Assembly: GCA_022813965.1 (NCBI GenBank)
Contig: JALDZS010000035.1
Location: 124,001-157,587, forward strand
Direction of reading: 5' to 3'
Origin: Toensbergia leucococca
Taxonomy: Eukaryota
DNA: 33,587 nucleotides
The notes below the pieces were generated by a model. The model was not told the origin of the DNA. It searched no databases and saw nothing but the letters and a program-made list of their open reading frames with translations. This document shows, piece after piece, positions 10,067 through 21,639 of the stretch (positions are counted from its first letter, which is position 1; each line of letters begins with the position of its first letter). A program made the translations under genes and the position numbers.

Positions 10067-11933
10067 CTACTGCGTATGGAATTGCTGCCATTGATCATCA
10101 TCGTCGTTCTGAAACATATCGTGATCTTCATCATCTTCGTTCGCCATTTTATTCATATTGCTCGACGTCGGGAACAAAGTGGGGATGACTGGGCCGTGGA
10201 AGGATTGGAAACCCGGTAGATCTTGTTCGGATGTGGCGAAGTTACCAAAATATTGGCTTTGGTTATTGAGGTTTCCATAGAAATCCGAGGGCTGCAGGAT
10301 ATCTGGTTCAACCCCATCATGATCCGAGCCATGATGAGGAGATGCTGCTGGAGGTGGCATCTGACCGATGCTCATCCGTTGCATTGCCGGGGCAGATTTC
10401 CGGTCAAGCTTGGAAGTGGTAATGGCCTTGCCAGATCCTTGGCCGCCGAGGTAACGCATCGAATACTGGTTGGGAGTAACATCATGAGCTGCCTGGGTTG
10501 GCCATCCACGATGTTGCCCCGCGGAAAGAGAGGCTGAAGGATGAAAAGACTCTTTCGGCAGTATCCATGGATCGTGCGTCATCTCCTCCCTGAACGATCT
10601 TGTCCAGGTTATTTCAGAAACCTCGCCCACAAACTCTCTTGTCCTTCTCTCTGCCTCAGCCTTCATAAATGCGCTCTCGGCTACATGGTCCATCACCCTG
10701 GATGAACCTTTGCGCGGGGGTACCGAACCCGCACTGCGGTCGTGAACGCTGCTTCGGGCATTGAGTTTAAGGGCTGTACGGCGGGCAGTTGAAAGTTCAA
10801 TGGTATCGTAATCGGCGTCTCTGAGTTGCGGTTGCTGTGTCTTGATAAGCTTTAAACAATGCCACGTGTAGACAGAACCTTATACTAACCAATTGGAGAG
10901 TTTGTCGGACCGCGTGTTGATCGGAGGCATCGAGTTGAGGCATGAATTGCAAAAGAAGGTCTTCATAAGCCGTAGCTTTAGACCAAAGAGTATCAATTCT
11001 GTAGCGGGGCAAATCAGTCATGCTATAATTTCTCGTAACAAGATCCAAAACCCACTTCTTGTCGGGATCGAGACTCTCGTTTACATCGCCAGCATCACTT
11101 TCTTTCTTTATCTGAATGCTGGAAGTGTCAATTTCCTCTTTCTTACTTCCTCTTCGACGAGGAAGTGAAGGCTGATGCAAGGAATCCGTCGGTGAAAATG
11201 GGCTGCTTGACGCTGTGGACCTATGTCCCTTAGTCTTCTTTGAAGACGAGTCTGGGTTTGGTTGACTTCGAGAGTCACTGGAAGACTTATTCTGAAGTCT
11301 CAGTGGTTTCCCGTCGATTTTCTTTGTTGCCTGAGTAGACTTGAAGTCGGTCAGATACTGCAAATACCGTTTGTGATGATCGGTTCTCTGATAGGCTACC
11401 AATTCCGATTTGTATCGTTCCCAGAGCGTTGATGCTTGGCTTTTCCAAAGCTCCTTCTCTTCCGGTGCGAGAGACTGCCATCTCTGGCCAACGTATCTCG
11501 CAATTGCAACAAATGATGGCATTTGACCATTCAATTCCTCACGTATCTTGTTCGAGAACATAACATACGCCGAGTATGGTCTCTTTGGTGCGTTCTGGTC
11601 CGATTTTGGATGGTGCCTATATCGTCTTTTTCCACGGCTACCTCCTCCATCGTCATCCTTGGTTGACCAAGCTTTCTCATCCGTCTCTGGGTTCTTCTCT
11701 TCATATGAGGTCTGAACAGTGGGAGAAACGCATTCTTGTGGATTTGAAAGGCTTTTGGAAAACGCTATCTCTTTCTGTAGTTTCCTGCGGTGACCACGCT
11801 CTACCCCAAGTAGCTCGAGATCTTCTTCGGTGATCTCAATAACAGTCTCCCACGTATCAAATCCTGCCTCGATGAAGCGCTCAAGATACTGAGGAATTCC
11901 AAGCCAAGCGAAAGTGAGCTCCAGATCAAGCAT
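10067..11933 (-). CDS. SAM domain + HMG-box protein (putative transcription/chromatin factor), ~584 aa, 3 exons
   Basis: Exons 11933-11056, 10998-10890, 10834-10067. Introns 11055-10999 (GTGGGT..CTGAT..CAG, 57 nt) and 10889-10835 (GTTAGT..CAG, 55 nt) join the 378-aa and 209-aa ORFs in frame. SAM: LGIPQYLERFIEAGFDTWETV.EITEEDLE.LGV.RGHRRKLQ. HMG: KRRYRHHPK.D.NAPKRPYSAYVMFSNKIRE...VGQRWQSL..EEKELWK. Confidence 0.85.
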
Positions 11934-13817
11934 ACTCGCCGCTCAAATGTGGAAGTCTAGCTTAACTAGACTGGCGAGTGGCGTTTTGTGTAAGAATGAG
12001 CGTTAAATGGCTTACTAGTAAAAGTACGAACCATTAGTTTGATGTTTTATTCTCATGGAAGTCAGAGGCAAACGAGGGAAGACACTTGGAGCTTACTCAC
12101 TCGTATACAAAGAAGAGATGATCGCCATGGATGTTGCATCTTTCGACAATTTTTGATATGATGTGCAAGCAATATGGAGAATGGCAAAAGATAGAGAAGC
12201 CAAAAGAAATAGGTAATTTGGATGTAGGATCAATACTACCATGAGAAGGCCATGAAAACATTGCCACAGGAAAACAGAACGGGTCCATGGCGGCAGAGGT
12301 GCAAAAGACCCCGATCTGCATCCACCGCCACAACTCCCATGGAAGGAGTGAGGGGTGAAGGCCTAGGTGAACCCTTCTTTCGTTAGACAACGAATGATGT
12401 GTGCGAGACCTCCATATTCGCTGCAAATTATGCTGCGACTACAGAGTAGTGCGTTGAGTTACGAGGATATGGACCCGAGAAGTCCCAGTAGATCATCCGC
12501 GTGCGCCCCTAGCGACTTGCGGATTTTCCATCCGTTCAAACCAGCCTGGTTCCTGCAGGGCTCCGGAGACAGCTCCGTTTAGACATACAGTACCACCCTG
12601 CGGGCCACACAAGGACTTCAATGCCAGACGTACATAACACATGGCAATTGTCTAAGGGTCCATATCTCTTAAAGACCGATCAGTCTTCATGAAGCAGGAT
12701 TAGCACTAGGATAGCAGCAGCAGGAAGGATTTGCGTTATGACTTGATCCGGATATTAATGAGTCAGTTCCTTTTCCTCACGACGCCATCTCATTGCTCAT
12801 TATGGTCCAGATTTAGAGGACAGTCTATCTGGAGGAAGACAGGTAGAAGCCAGAAGTAGGAGTTGCGATATACAACAGACTCCTCGGACGTGGAGCCCAA
12901 CATAAGGTAATCTAGAAGCTCGTGATTAGACCTAGTATTACTCTTAGTAGATCGTGGCATACAAGTCATTCATGGGTTCATGCACTGGGAGTGGGAGACT
13001 GGTACTGTGGAGCTAGCTCGGTAGAATAGGAGGTGGGAGGTGACACACCCGTGCGCGTCAGAACGGAGGTAGGTCCGATCCCCACATATGTTTCGATGCT
13101 GCCGAGATCGAGGCTTGGGGGGATGTAACGGGGCAAAAGCAAAGGAATGCACATTAGCATACACCAAGGACACAAATGGGTAACTACGGGACTCACCAGA
13201 GCAAGGAAAACATAGAGGATGTGGCAAAAATGCTATTGGCCGCCTTATCTTCGTCGTCTTGTACTACCACTCCTACGGTGGCCTTGTCAGTAGAATACGG
13301 TGACCGCGAGTCGCTTGACTTTCTGACCTCGCACTGGCTAGTAATGCACCTACTCCATCTACAGCCAGGCCAAAATCACACTTCACCGAACTCCTTGATA
13401 TCAGTATGCCGGCTCTTTATCTCAGATGATGCTGCCTATGAGAGCGAGACCTTGTTCCGTATTGGATAATTCCATGGAGATGTGATTGAGACCGGCCTTC
13501 ATGATCCATCTCAGCCAAGTCACACACCGAATAAGGGTACTCCGCAACGGCAAGGAAGATCTCTGCTGTAAACACAGGCACAGATAGAACCTTGGCAAGT
13601 GCAGCATGCGCCTTTGATGGAAATGTACAGGGCCCCATCTCCAACTAACGCGAGTTACCCACTAGCAAACTCCGAGCAGAATCTTGCTTGACACGCCGAA
13701 GGAACAGGATCAACAGGTGGAGGTATAGTGGTATTCGGCATGATAAAGATATTGTGTTCTGGACTGTCTAGCTGAAATTGAAGCAACTGGGGAATCGAGT
13801 AATAAAAATTTAAGGCC

Positions 13818-13845
13818 AATACTCAAAGAAATACTCAAAGAAATA
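13818..13845 (+). repeat. Short tandem duplication (AATACTCAAAGA x2 plus partial copy)
   Basis: Copies at 13818-13829 and 13830-13841, followed by AATA. Confidence 0.6.
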
Positions 13846-15048
13846 TTACAAGAGCTTGCTGAGGCTTTCTTCAGATAAAAGGCTTTTCTAGCTAAAGCGT
13901 TATAACGATATGCGCAAGTAATTGCTCTGACCGGCGGTAGTTCCATCATCACCAAGACGGTGCGTATCTGCAGGTTGACAAGTACTCTTGGAGATGCTGC
14001 AAAATCGTTTCATAGACAATCTATTACCATTTTTCACTGTGTCTTGACAAATGGAAGCAGGTATCCCTTGCATGCCAAAGATGGCATCAGCTACTTAAAC
14101 CAGTCGCAAGGGAGCCTATCCTCGTGTATGTCTTGGCCGGGTTCCATGCCCTCAAAGTCCCCGTCGATCATATTCCTCGGTGACACACACTGGAGCACGA
14201 TGATTCGGATGCACGACGTTGACGATTGCACAGAAACTCTAGAAATGCCTTCTTCTTGAGCCAAGAGGCATGTTAAGTACATCAGAAGTCGGCATCGTGG
14301 CTCGAATGACGGTGTCTCGGCACGAGGTCAACTTCCCTTACGGAGTAGTCAGGTACCAATAACACGCGCTGTGTCCATTTCAACAGCTGAGTATGAAGAA
14401 TGATTGAAGAATTTAAAAAGGTGCAGGTCTACCTAGTAGTTCTACTGACAGAGCGGAATGCTGGCGAATCATGTGCAGCGACTTCCCCTCGGCGCAAAGG
14501 TCCGACTGGACGGACAGGCTGGATGTTCTGCCGCTGTTCGCTACCAGGGTCAGCGAAAAGAATGCCATTTGGCTAGATTGCGATGTGAGCTTAAAAATTG
14601 TCCCTAATTTATTGGCGGAAGCGAAGCCATGACGTTCAATCTACGCTCTCCACATCGTTGCCTCATCTATTTTCATTTCTGCTGCCTCTTTTGCCATGAT
14701 TATTGTTTGTACTTGTGAGGAAGCTTGTCTACTGCGTCATCATCCTCGCTGTCTTTTCGTCCAACGCCAATCCGACGAGTCCACAGCGCCTCCTCTCGGC
14801 GCCACTTCTCCGCCTTTGAGAATGTCAGCATTGATAGTGACACAAAGGCACCAAGGCCTATGCTTCCCTATGCCAAGTCTCTCAGTCCGATGCACACTAG
14901 CTTCACCATTGCAAAGTGTCACGGTATTTAATTTTGGCCCTAATACTCACGTTACATATACTTGATTATCATTCCGACCATCTTCCTCTACACCTGGATA
15001 ACGCCATGGTTGCCTTCATCTGACATTAATCGTCTTCTCTAGCTAATC

Positions 15049-17255
15049 ATGTCTTCTGGCAACATGATCCCATCTTTCTCGACTCTCTTCCGTTCAACCT
15101 CTGACGCTACTAGTTCCGATCAACCCCAGACATTCTCCAGCAGTGGAAGCAGTAGTACCAGTGGTAGGAAGCGAAGAGCGCCCGACTCAGTCACTTTGAA
15201 TGCTTGCACCAATTGCAAGAAGTCACGAGTAAAGGTACTCCCATCTTGTCGCAGTCTCCCACTTCTATCACTTTACATCAGGCCCCCAAAGAAGACGTCA
15301 ACGCTGAGTCGTTCCTAGTGTGATGGTGTGAAACCTGTCTGCGGGAAATGCAGGAGCCGTCGGGTTCAGGACACCTGCCACTACGAAGTACATGTCAAGA
15401 CGGCAAAGGAGCAGATGATTCGCGAGATTCAACGCCTTCGACAAGAGAAGGAACACCTTGAAGAGAGGCACGATACTCTTGAAGAGAAGCACGACTGGGA
15501 TGAACAAATCATTCGTGCTTTGAAGGATGATGGACAGGGCGATGAAATTATTCTGCGACTAAAGCGCGGCGAGACTTATCAATCCATTGCTCTATGGCTA
15601 AGCAGCCTTTCCTCTACAGACATTCGCCTTTCCCCAACGTCATCGCATCACCTGACGCAAGTCGTTGCAGAGTATCATAGGAACGCAGTCAAGGGAGCTG
15701 ATCATCCTCGCCACTGGACTAGCGTCACAAGCGACACGGTCCTGATAGAACATCTGATCATGTTATACTTCACCTGGATCCATCCTGCCCACGTGCTTCT
15801 AGAAGAGAGCTATTTCCTAGCCAGCTACAGAAGCTGCTCTGATACATATTGCTCGAAACCGCTGGTGAACGTAATATGTGCCATGTCATGTCATCTTCTT
15901 CACGGCTCATGGAAAGGGGGTGCCATGACAGAAGTTGACATTGATGTCCTCCAGGAGCAGTTCATGGATGAAGCTCGCGCTGGCGTCAGCATGACCAACT
16001 ACAGCAAGATGTCTACCATCCAAACCTATGCCATCATGTTCCTGACCGAGTTGGCGTCTGGACATGGCCTTATTGCAACATCCCATCTCCGACTAGCTAC
16101 CGAGTCATGGGTATCGAAACAAGGAGAGGATCAATCGAGAGAGTCGGAAGATATAGCCTCGTGGGGAATCCTTACTCTTCATACGTACGATCATCGAACC
16201 ATGATGTCGCAGAGTTGAGTGCTAACAGGAGTAGTGCATGGTCGGCACATATTTACCAAAAGCCATCTGCTCCTACATCAACACATGCAACCGTCTTCGA
16301 TGATGTGTCCTTCGATAAGCACGATACCGACTGGCGTCATTATCGAGAACCCGAAGACTATGCAGAGTTATCCCGTCCTAGCTATGTGATTCTAGTAGCA
16401 TCTGAGCAAGCAAAGCTTTATCGGATTGTTCATGAAAGTATTGCCGTGTATTGTGGAGGATTGGGTAGGATTACTGCTCAAGCAATATTGCGATTGTACG
16501 AGCGTTACCTGAGATGGAGAGAGGAGCTACCGCGAGACATTGACAACATTAGTGATGAGAGCCAAGCGCTCCCTCACTCACTTTCTTTGCAGTAAGCGTT
16601 TCCTCGGCGGTTCGGAACATTTGACTTACATTCTGCTCTTAGGGTTCAGTATCATACGGCTTTAGTCCAACTCTTCCACCCTGTTCTACATTTAGACGGT
16701 CTTGACGAAGCAACTCAGACGTTCTTTAGAGAAACGACTGCATGGCATGCGAGAAGCGGATTGGCTATGCTCGAACAATATCGAATTCGATTCTCGTGCT
16801 GTTATCAGGCAACATTACAAGTATTCTGCCTTCTTCATTTATCCGATGCCTTGATGAGATACGGTCCGCCGGATCAGCCGACGTCGGATATTGTGCGTTT
16901 CTGCTTTGAGTACTTGGAAGAGTCCAAATCTGGCTTTCGTATTTGCGGGCCACTCCAGAAAATGTTTCATCTGGCGGTTTTGGATTATGGGATGCCTATA
17001 CCCGAAGATCTCGAACCTATCATCAGCTCCATTTCTCAGTATGGCCCTGAAGAGTTGCTAGATGCCTGTACACGATCTTCGTACACGCAGCCCACGAGCC
17101 AAATCTTACCCAACATGGACGACGATATTGCTCAAGACTTTCCCGTTGTTTGGCATGACTTATTCGAAGAGTCTTTTAGGAAAGACAGATACACAGAGGA
17201 GAATGGCAATTTGAATTCAAGGTCGATGCAAATCAACTCGATTCTCAATTTATGA
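15049..17255 (+). CDS. Zn(II)2Cys6 transcription factor with fungal middle-homology region (NirA-like), ~673 aa, 4 exons
   Basis: Exons 15049-15234, 15319-16184, 16235-16591, 16643-17255; introns of 84, 50 and 51 nt, all GT..AG with frame preserved. Splicing restores ACTNCKKSRVKCDGVKPVCGKCRSRRVQDTC. This is followed by a coiled coil and WTSVTSD..LIEHL..LYFTWIHP...YCS..LVN.ICAMSC, typical of NirA-like factors. Confidence 0.9.
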
Positions 17256-17572
17256 TCAGGGGAAATTTTTCGTGTCATAAGACACTATTTGATGATCATT
17301 TTGCGCAAGAATAATCATGGCGCACAGAAGACGTCGTTGAATCATCTCACATTACTGGGCAGTGCGTGGCAAAGTAGGAGCAGCTATCGACGATACAAAA
17401 GGTCAGTTCCTGCTCTCACAATCAAGTTTGAACTAGCTTGCAAAGCTACTTTCATGGCTCGAGGTGTAATCATTGCTTCGTCTTTCCAAGAATTGACGGC
17501 CTCTCCGTGTCCCCAAATCCCGTGCATATGGCTGACTGTTTCCTCCTGCAGTGTGGCAAATAACGGGAGATG

Positions 17573-18581
17573 TCAGATACTCCATCTCTGCGGATTCAAC
17601 ATTTGGATCAACGCTAGTAAAAATGTATCCAGACGCGGTAAGTTTGGTATTTGAGATAAAGAGAGAGGCGAGCTGTGAGACTGAAAATGAGACAAGAAGT
17701 GCTTCCCACTTTCAAGTGTGTGAGCCATGTGAAGAATTTTGGAGTAAATAGGGTTTTGGTTTCGATTGGGAATATCTGTTTTTTTTCTCACAATGCTAGG
17801 GGACAGAGCCCGTCTGTGCGCGGCATCTGTATTGGTAAATTGAAAAGGATTGATTACTGCCAGCGCATTGGGAAGGCAGATGACTTGTCGCAGGAACAGT
17901 TGTAATGATTAATAAAGCGAAAGAAATGTGGTCGAGGCAGCCTCGATCGAGGTAGGGCAAGCAAGCTGTTTGGGGATTCCCTGCTTCAAGTGGATCTATG
18001 AAAGCTGCTTTTATACCAGTGAAATTCTGGTTTCAGTCGACGCCAATTTATCCGGGACTTCGACTGCACCATCTACGGGACCACTATCAACAAGCTCTGT
18101 ATGTTACGTATACGTACACATCCGCACTTGATTCCACACCATGGATTCCAATATAGCGAAAGTAGCCATGCAAAAGGCTTTATTTACAGGAACATATTCC
18201 GATCGAGGGAAGAAAGAGTTGGACCATGTCACGAAGAACGTGGTCCATGGACTGCAGGAGTACAATATGTTCCGCATTGACGAATTGATGTCGATCTCCA
18301 TCGATCGGGTGTGTATGTGAACCTCAAAAGGAAAGCCGAAGATGAAGTCGTCAGTCACATGTAAATTGGTGAATCGAAGGCGATTTTGCCAATGGAGGAC
18401 TGGATGTGCTTCGTCATTGATGAGCGTACTTGTTGCTCGCAGAGCTGGGAAAATGTCTATCGAGACCCCGCTGTCCTTGTGAGGAGGATAGTAGTGGTTA
18501 AAGTTGGCCTTATCGGCAACTAGGCAATAGACGTGAGAGGGAACCGAGAGGATGTTGCTCTGATGACGAAAGTTGATGCAT
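17573..18581 (-). pseudogene. Decayed gene for a fungal F-box-like (DUF7730/2EXR-type) protein, apparently two tandem units
   Basis: ATG at 18581 (MHQLSSSEQHPLGSLS) shifts frame into a long open stretch ending at 18104 that contains VYCLVAD...IFPALRATSTLINDEAHPVLHWQNRLRF, resembling the FLSLPxEIRxxIYxY...PALLRTxxxIxxEAxxILYxxNxFxF pattern. A second, more broken copy follows (NSLLALP near 17975-17955; LSPSIVR/KQIF.IETKT/PIYSK near 17805-17740, spread over frames). 3' boundary approximate. Confidence 0.5.
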
Positions 18582-19098
18582 GATTATGAGGATGAGTAAA
18601 GATTTGATGAATGGAATGGGCTGGGAGATGTGAGAGGATTAATGGTGGGCAAACTTACTGCCTATTGATGAGAACAGGGGAGTGAGGGCAACAAGTAAGG
18701 TAGATAAGAGATGCAAGGTCAAAAGCTCGAGGCAATATCGATAGAAGCAACGCTAACAGCAACTGATGATTCCCCCTATCCACCCGAGCCACCCAACCCT
18801 AACTCCAACCCTACCTTGGCCCAAAGCAGGTCTAGTCTCTTTTACCCCAATCGGACTAGAATAGCGTTGTACTACGGAAGACGGGACAATCCAAGGTCCA
18901 TCTCCCACCTCCTGTTTCGCAACATCGCAACCTTGGCTTCCCCATCCTCCCAGCCCCCAAATCCCCCATCTCCATCTCCATCCCCAACAATCCTTTTTCG
19001 CCAGAACCTCCGTCCGTAGCCTCTGAATCGCTTCATTAAGGCGACTGCATCAATCCATTCGCGCCTCTTTGCGACACGCGATAAAGACAACAGTCAAT

Positions 19099-19878
19099 AT
19101 GGCCGGCGAGGAACCCGAAATGGGAGACCAAGGTACGCGTTTTCCCCCAATCTATCCTACCATCCTCATCCTGCCATCCTCCCATTTCGTCTTCCCAAAA
19201 CTCGCGCTCCCAATCCTATCATAGTCTCATGAATTCTTCAAACGCGTTCCTCTCCGCCCAAAAAAACCCCTCAAACTCATCCATTACCAACCAAATCCCA
19301 GAAAAAGCAAATCTCCCTAACCCTGCAAAACAGTCTCCTGGCAACACGGCAGCAGCCACCCAAGCGGCGAAGTGGCCGAAAAGAAAGTCGAAGGCGAACT
19401 AGCCATCCAGTCCAAAAAAGGCAACACCATCAAGAAGAAGGCCGAACCCGACAACCCAGTCGTGCACATGGCGCGCGAAGGCAACGACGTCGTCAAACCC
19501 CAATCCGAGCTCCAAGTCGACGAAAAAGCCCCCGAAAACACCACTGCCAGCAGCGACGACAAGCCCAGCGGCGAAAAGCGAGACCGCGACGAAGACGCCG
19601 CCGAGGTCGAGGAGCCAAAGAAGAAAGCGCGCGGTCGACCGAAGAAGTCCGATGCCACTCCTGCCACCACCGCTGCCGCGCCGAAGAAGGACGTGAAGGC
19701 CAAGGAGACACCCGCGGCAGCCGCTGCTGGGGGTGAGGCGCCGAAGAAAGCGAGGGGGCGACCGAAGAGCACGGCGGGCGCGGCGGCTGCCGCGGCGCCT
19801 AAGGAGAAGAAGGAGAAGAAGGCTAAGCCGGCGGTTAATGGGGAGGGGATTGGGAGCCGTACGCGGAGCAAGAAATAG
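19099..19878 (+). CDS. HVA1/DUF2945 Tudor-like domain protein with two C-terminal AT-hooks, ~192 aa, 2 exons
   Basis: Exon 1 19099-19132, intron 19133-19333 (GTACGC..CTAAC..CAG, 201 nt), exon 2 19334-19878. Spliced GDQVSWQHGSSHPSGEVAE...IQSKKGNTIKKKAEPDNPVVHMAREGNDVVKPQSEL fits the HVA1/DUF2945 pattern. KARGRPKK and KARGRPKS are AT-hook cores in a Lys/Ala-rich tail. Confidence 0.85.
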
Positions 19879-20562
19879 GTATGATATGATGTGATGTGAG
19901 CAGGGCGGTGTTCTTGGTCTGGGCGAGTGGGGGATTGGGGATTGCACGAGACAGAGAGGGGCGCGTTTTTGTGGCACGATAGGTGGGAAAAGAGCGCTGG
20001 CTTGATGGGTGGGGGAGGGGTGTCTCATCATCAGTGTTGGAGCGCGGGTTTACTTGGGGGATGTGTGCTGTATTATATCACGGGATGGAAAACCTGGCGG
20101 TGACGTGGAATATTCTAGGTTTTGGTTATATGGAAGTTTTTTATTGTTTTTTTTGGTTCGCTGTTGTTTCTTTTTTTGTTGGATTTTTTGGGGGGGATGG
20201 GCTTGCTTTGCGATATCTAGGCAAGAAAAGCAGGGGGGGGTATAACTTGTAACGTCTTTGGCCTTTTTTTTTTCACTCTGGTTTGTCCCTCACTTCCTTC
20301 GTCCCCATATGCTCATCCTCCTTCCTTTTCCCTTCCCTTCTCCTCCCTTTCCCCCTCCCTCCTTCTCCATCCCCCATCCCACCTCATCCCACCCCACCCC
20401 ACCCCATTCACGGAAAAAGAAGACCAAAAGTAACCCTTTCCCACCAAAAGAAAAAAGGGTAGTGCCACCAAACCCCAGGATCCAGCAACAGTACTTTCCA
20501 AAGAACCGTTTCCCCACCCCCCAAGAATCAGGGCTAAGTAGGGGGAAAAGTGCCCCCAACTT

Positions 20563-21375
20563 AAAAAAAAAAAAAAAAAAAACAGCCGCTGCCCCACCTC
20601 AGATTTGGGCACAATGAGATCTACCTATGTCTGGAATAGCACTCATGTGAGAGCTTCAGAGTTTTTTGAGTTGGAGGGTTTGGGAGTGCGTATGCTCACA
20701 CTTTATCTTACCTCACAGATGTAGCTGGTGTGATATGATGTGGATGATGATGAGTTTAGTTTGAAACCCACTTCAATAAAGGGGGGTGGTAAGGACCAAA
20801 CACCTCAGCTCTCACATGTTCAAAAAAAAAAAAAAAAAAAAAAAAACAGAAACAAAACACTTATGCCCCCTTCCCCCACCTCCTCACACACACGCGAAAA
20901 AGAAACTCCCTGATATCAGAAATCTTTCATGAAACCTGAGAACAAGAGACTAACCCTCCTCACTCCCTCCCTCTTCTTCATTCATCCCCTCCTTTCAGAT
21001 TCCCAGCTCTCATAAAAATGGAAAAATAAAATCACAACTTTTCAAAAAAAAAAAAAAGAGACAATATCAACTCATAATGACGCAAAAAAAAATTACAGAA
21101 ATAGGTAGGTAGGTAGGTAGGTTAAATAGTCACAACAGAAGTTAAAAAAGTAAACAAACTCCCACGAACACAAAATGAAAACTGATGCTATAATATAATC
21201 ATTGAATTATGAGTGATTTCAATCATGCTAAGAAAACCTGCTGCGCTCAAACATGAGAACCAATATTCTTAAACGAAATCCTAAATTTCAAGTCAAGAGG
21301 TTAGTCAAGGAGATGTACATAACACAATCTCCCCACAACCTAGTTGAAAATACTCATAGCAAAAAAAAAAAAAAA
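20563..21375 (+). repeat. Cluster of poly(A) tracts and a (TAGG)5 microsatellite in a low-complexity intergenic region
   Basis: A20 20563-20582, A25 20822-20846, A14 21044-21057, (TAGG)5 21102-21121, A15 21361-21375. Confidence 0.85.
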
Positions 21376-21639
21376 TTAAATTCTAGTAATATACCATAGA
21401 GGCAACGAGAGAAAAAAAACAAATCCAACCTTGCAATGCCGGAACTAATTCCTGATATCATTGACAGTCATCACAGCTCCTCTTCCTTTCCATCCTTTAC
21501 GCCAATCCGATCAACGCAAAAAACTATCACCAGTGCCGGCCCTCGTCGTCTATTTTAACCCCCCATGCTATGCCAGAACCTGTAAATGCACGCTATGCAC
21601 CCTCTCACCAAGCAAGATGAATTTCCCTACCAGGTACCC

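Noticed and set aside
10067..11933. HMG-box gene as mating-type MAT1-2-1
   Set aside because: SAM-fused, HMGB-like PKRPxSAY box rather than the IPRPxNxFILYR MATA type, and no APN2 or SLA2 neighbours.
13176..13691. Plus-strand frame interrupted only by two TAA stops (13467, 13569) that could be CAA-to-TAA changes
   Set aside because: The read-through peptide resembles no family I know and could be chance.
13710..14282. Short ORFs on both strands in the spacer between the two regulators
   Set aside because: No motifs, no consistent splice model, and stops in all extended frames.
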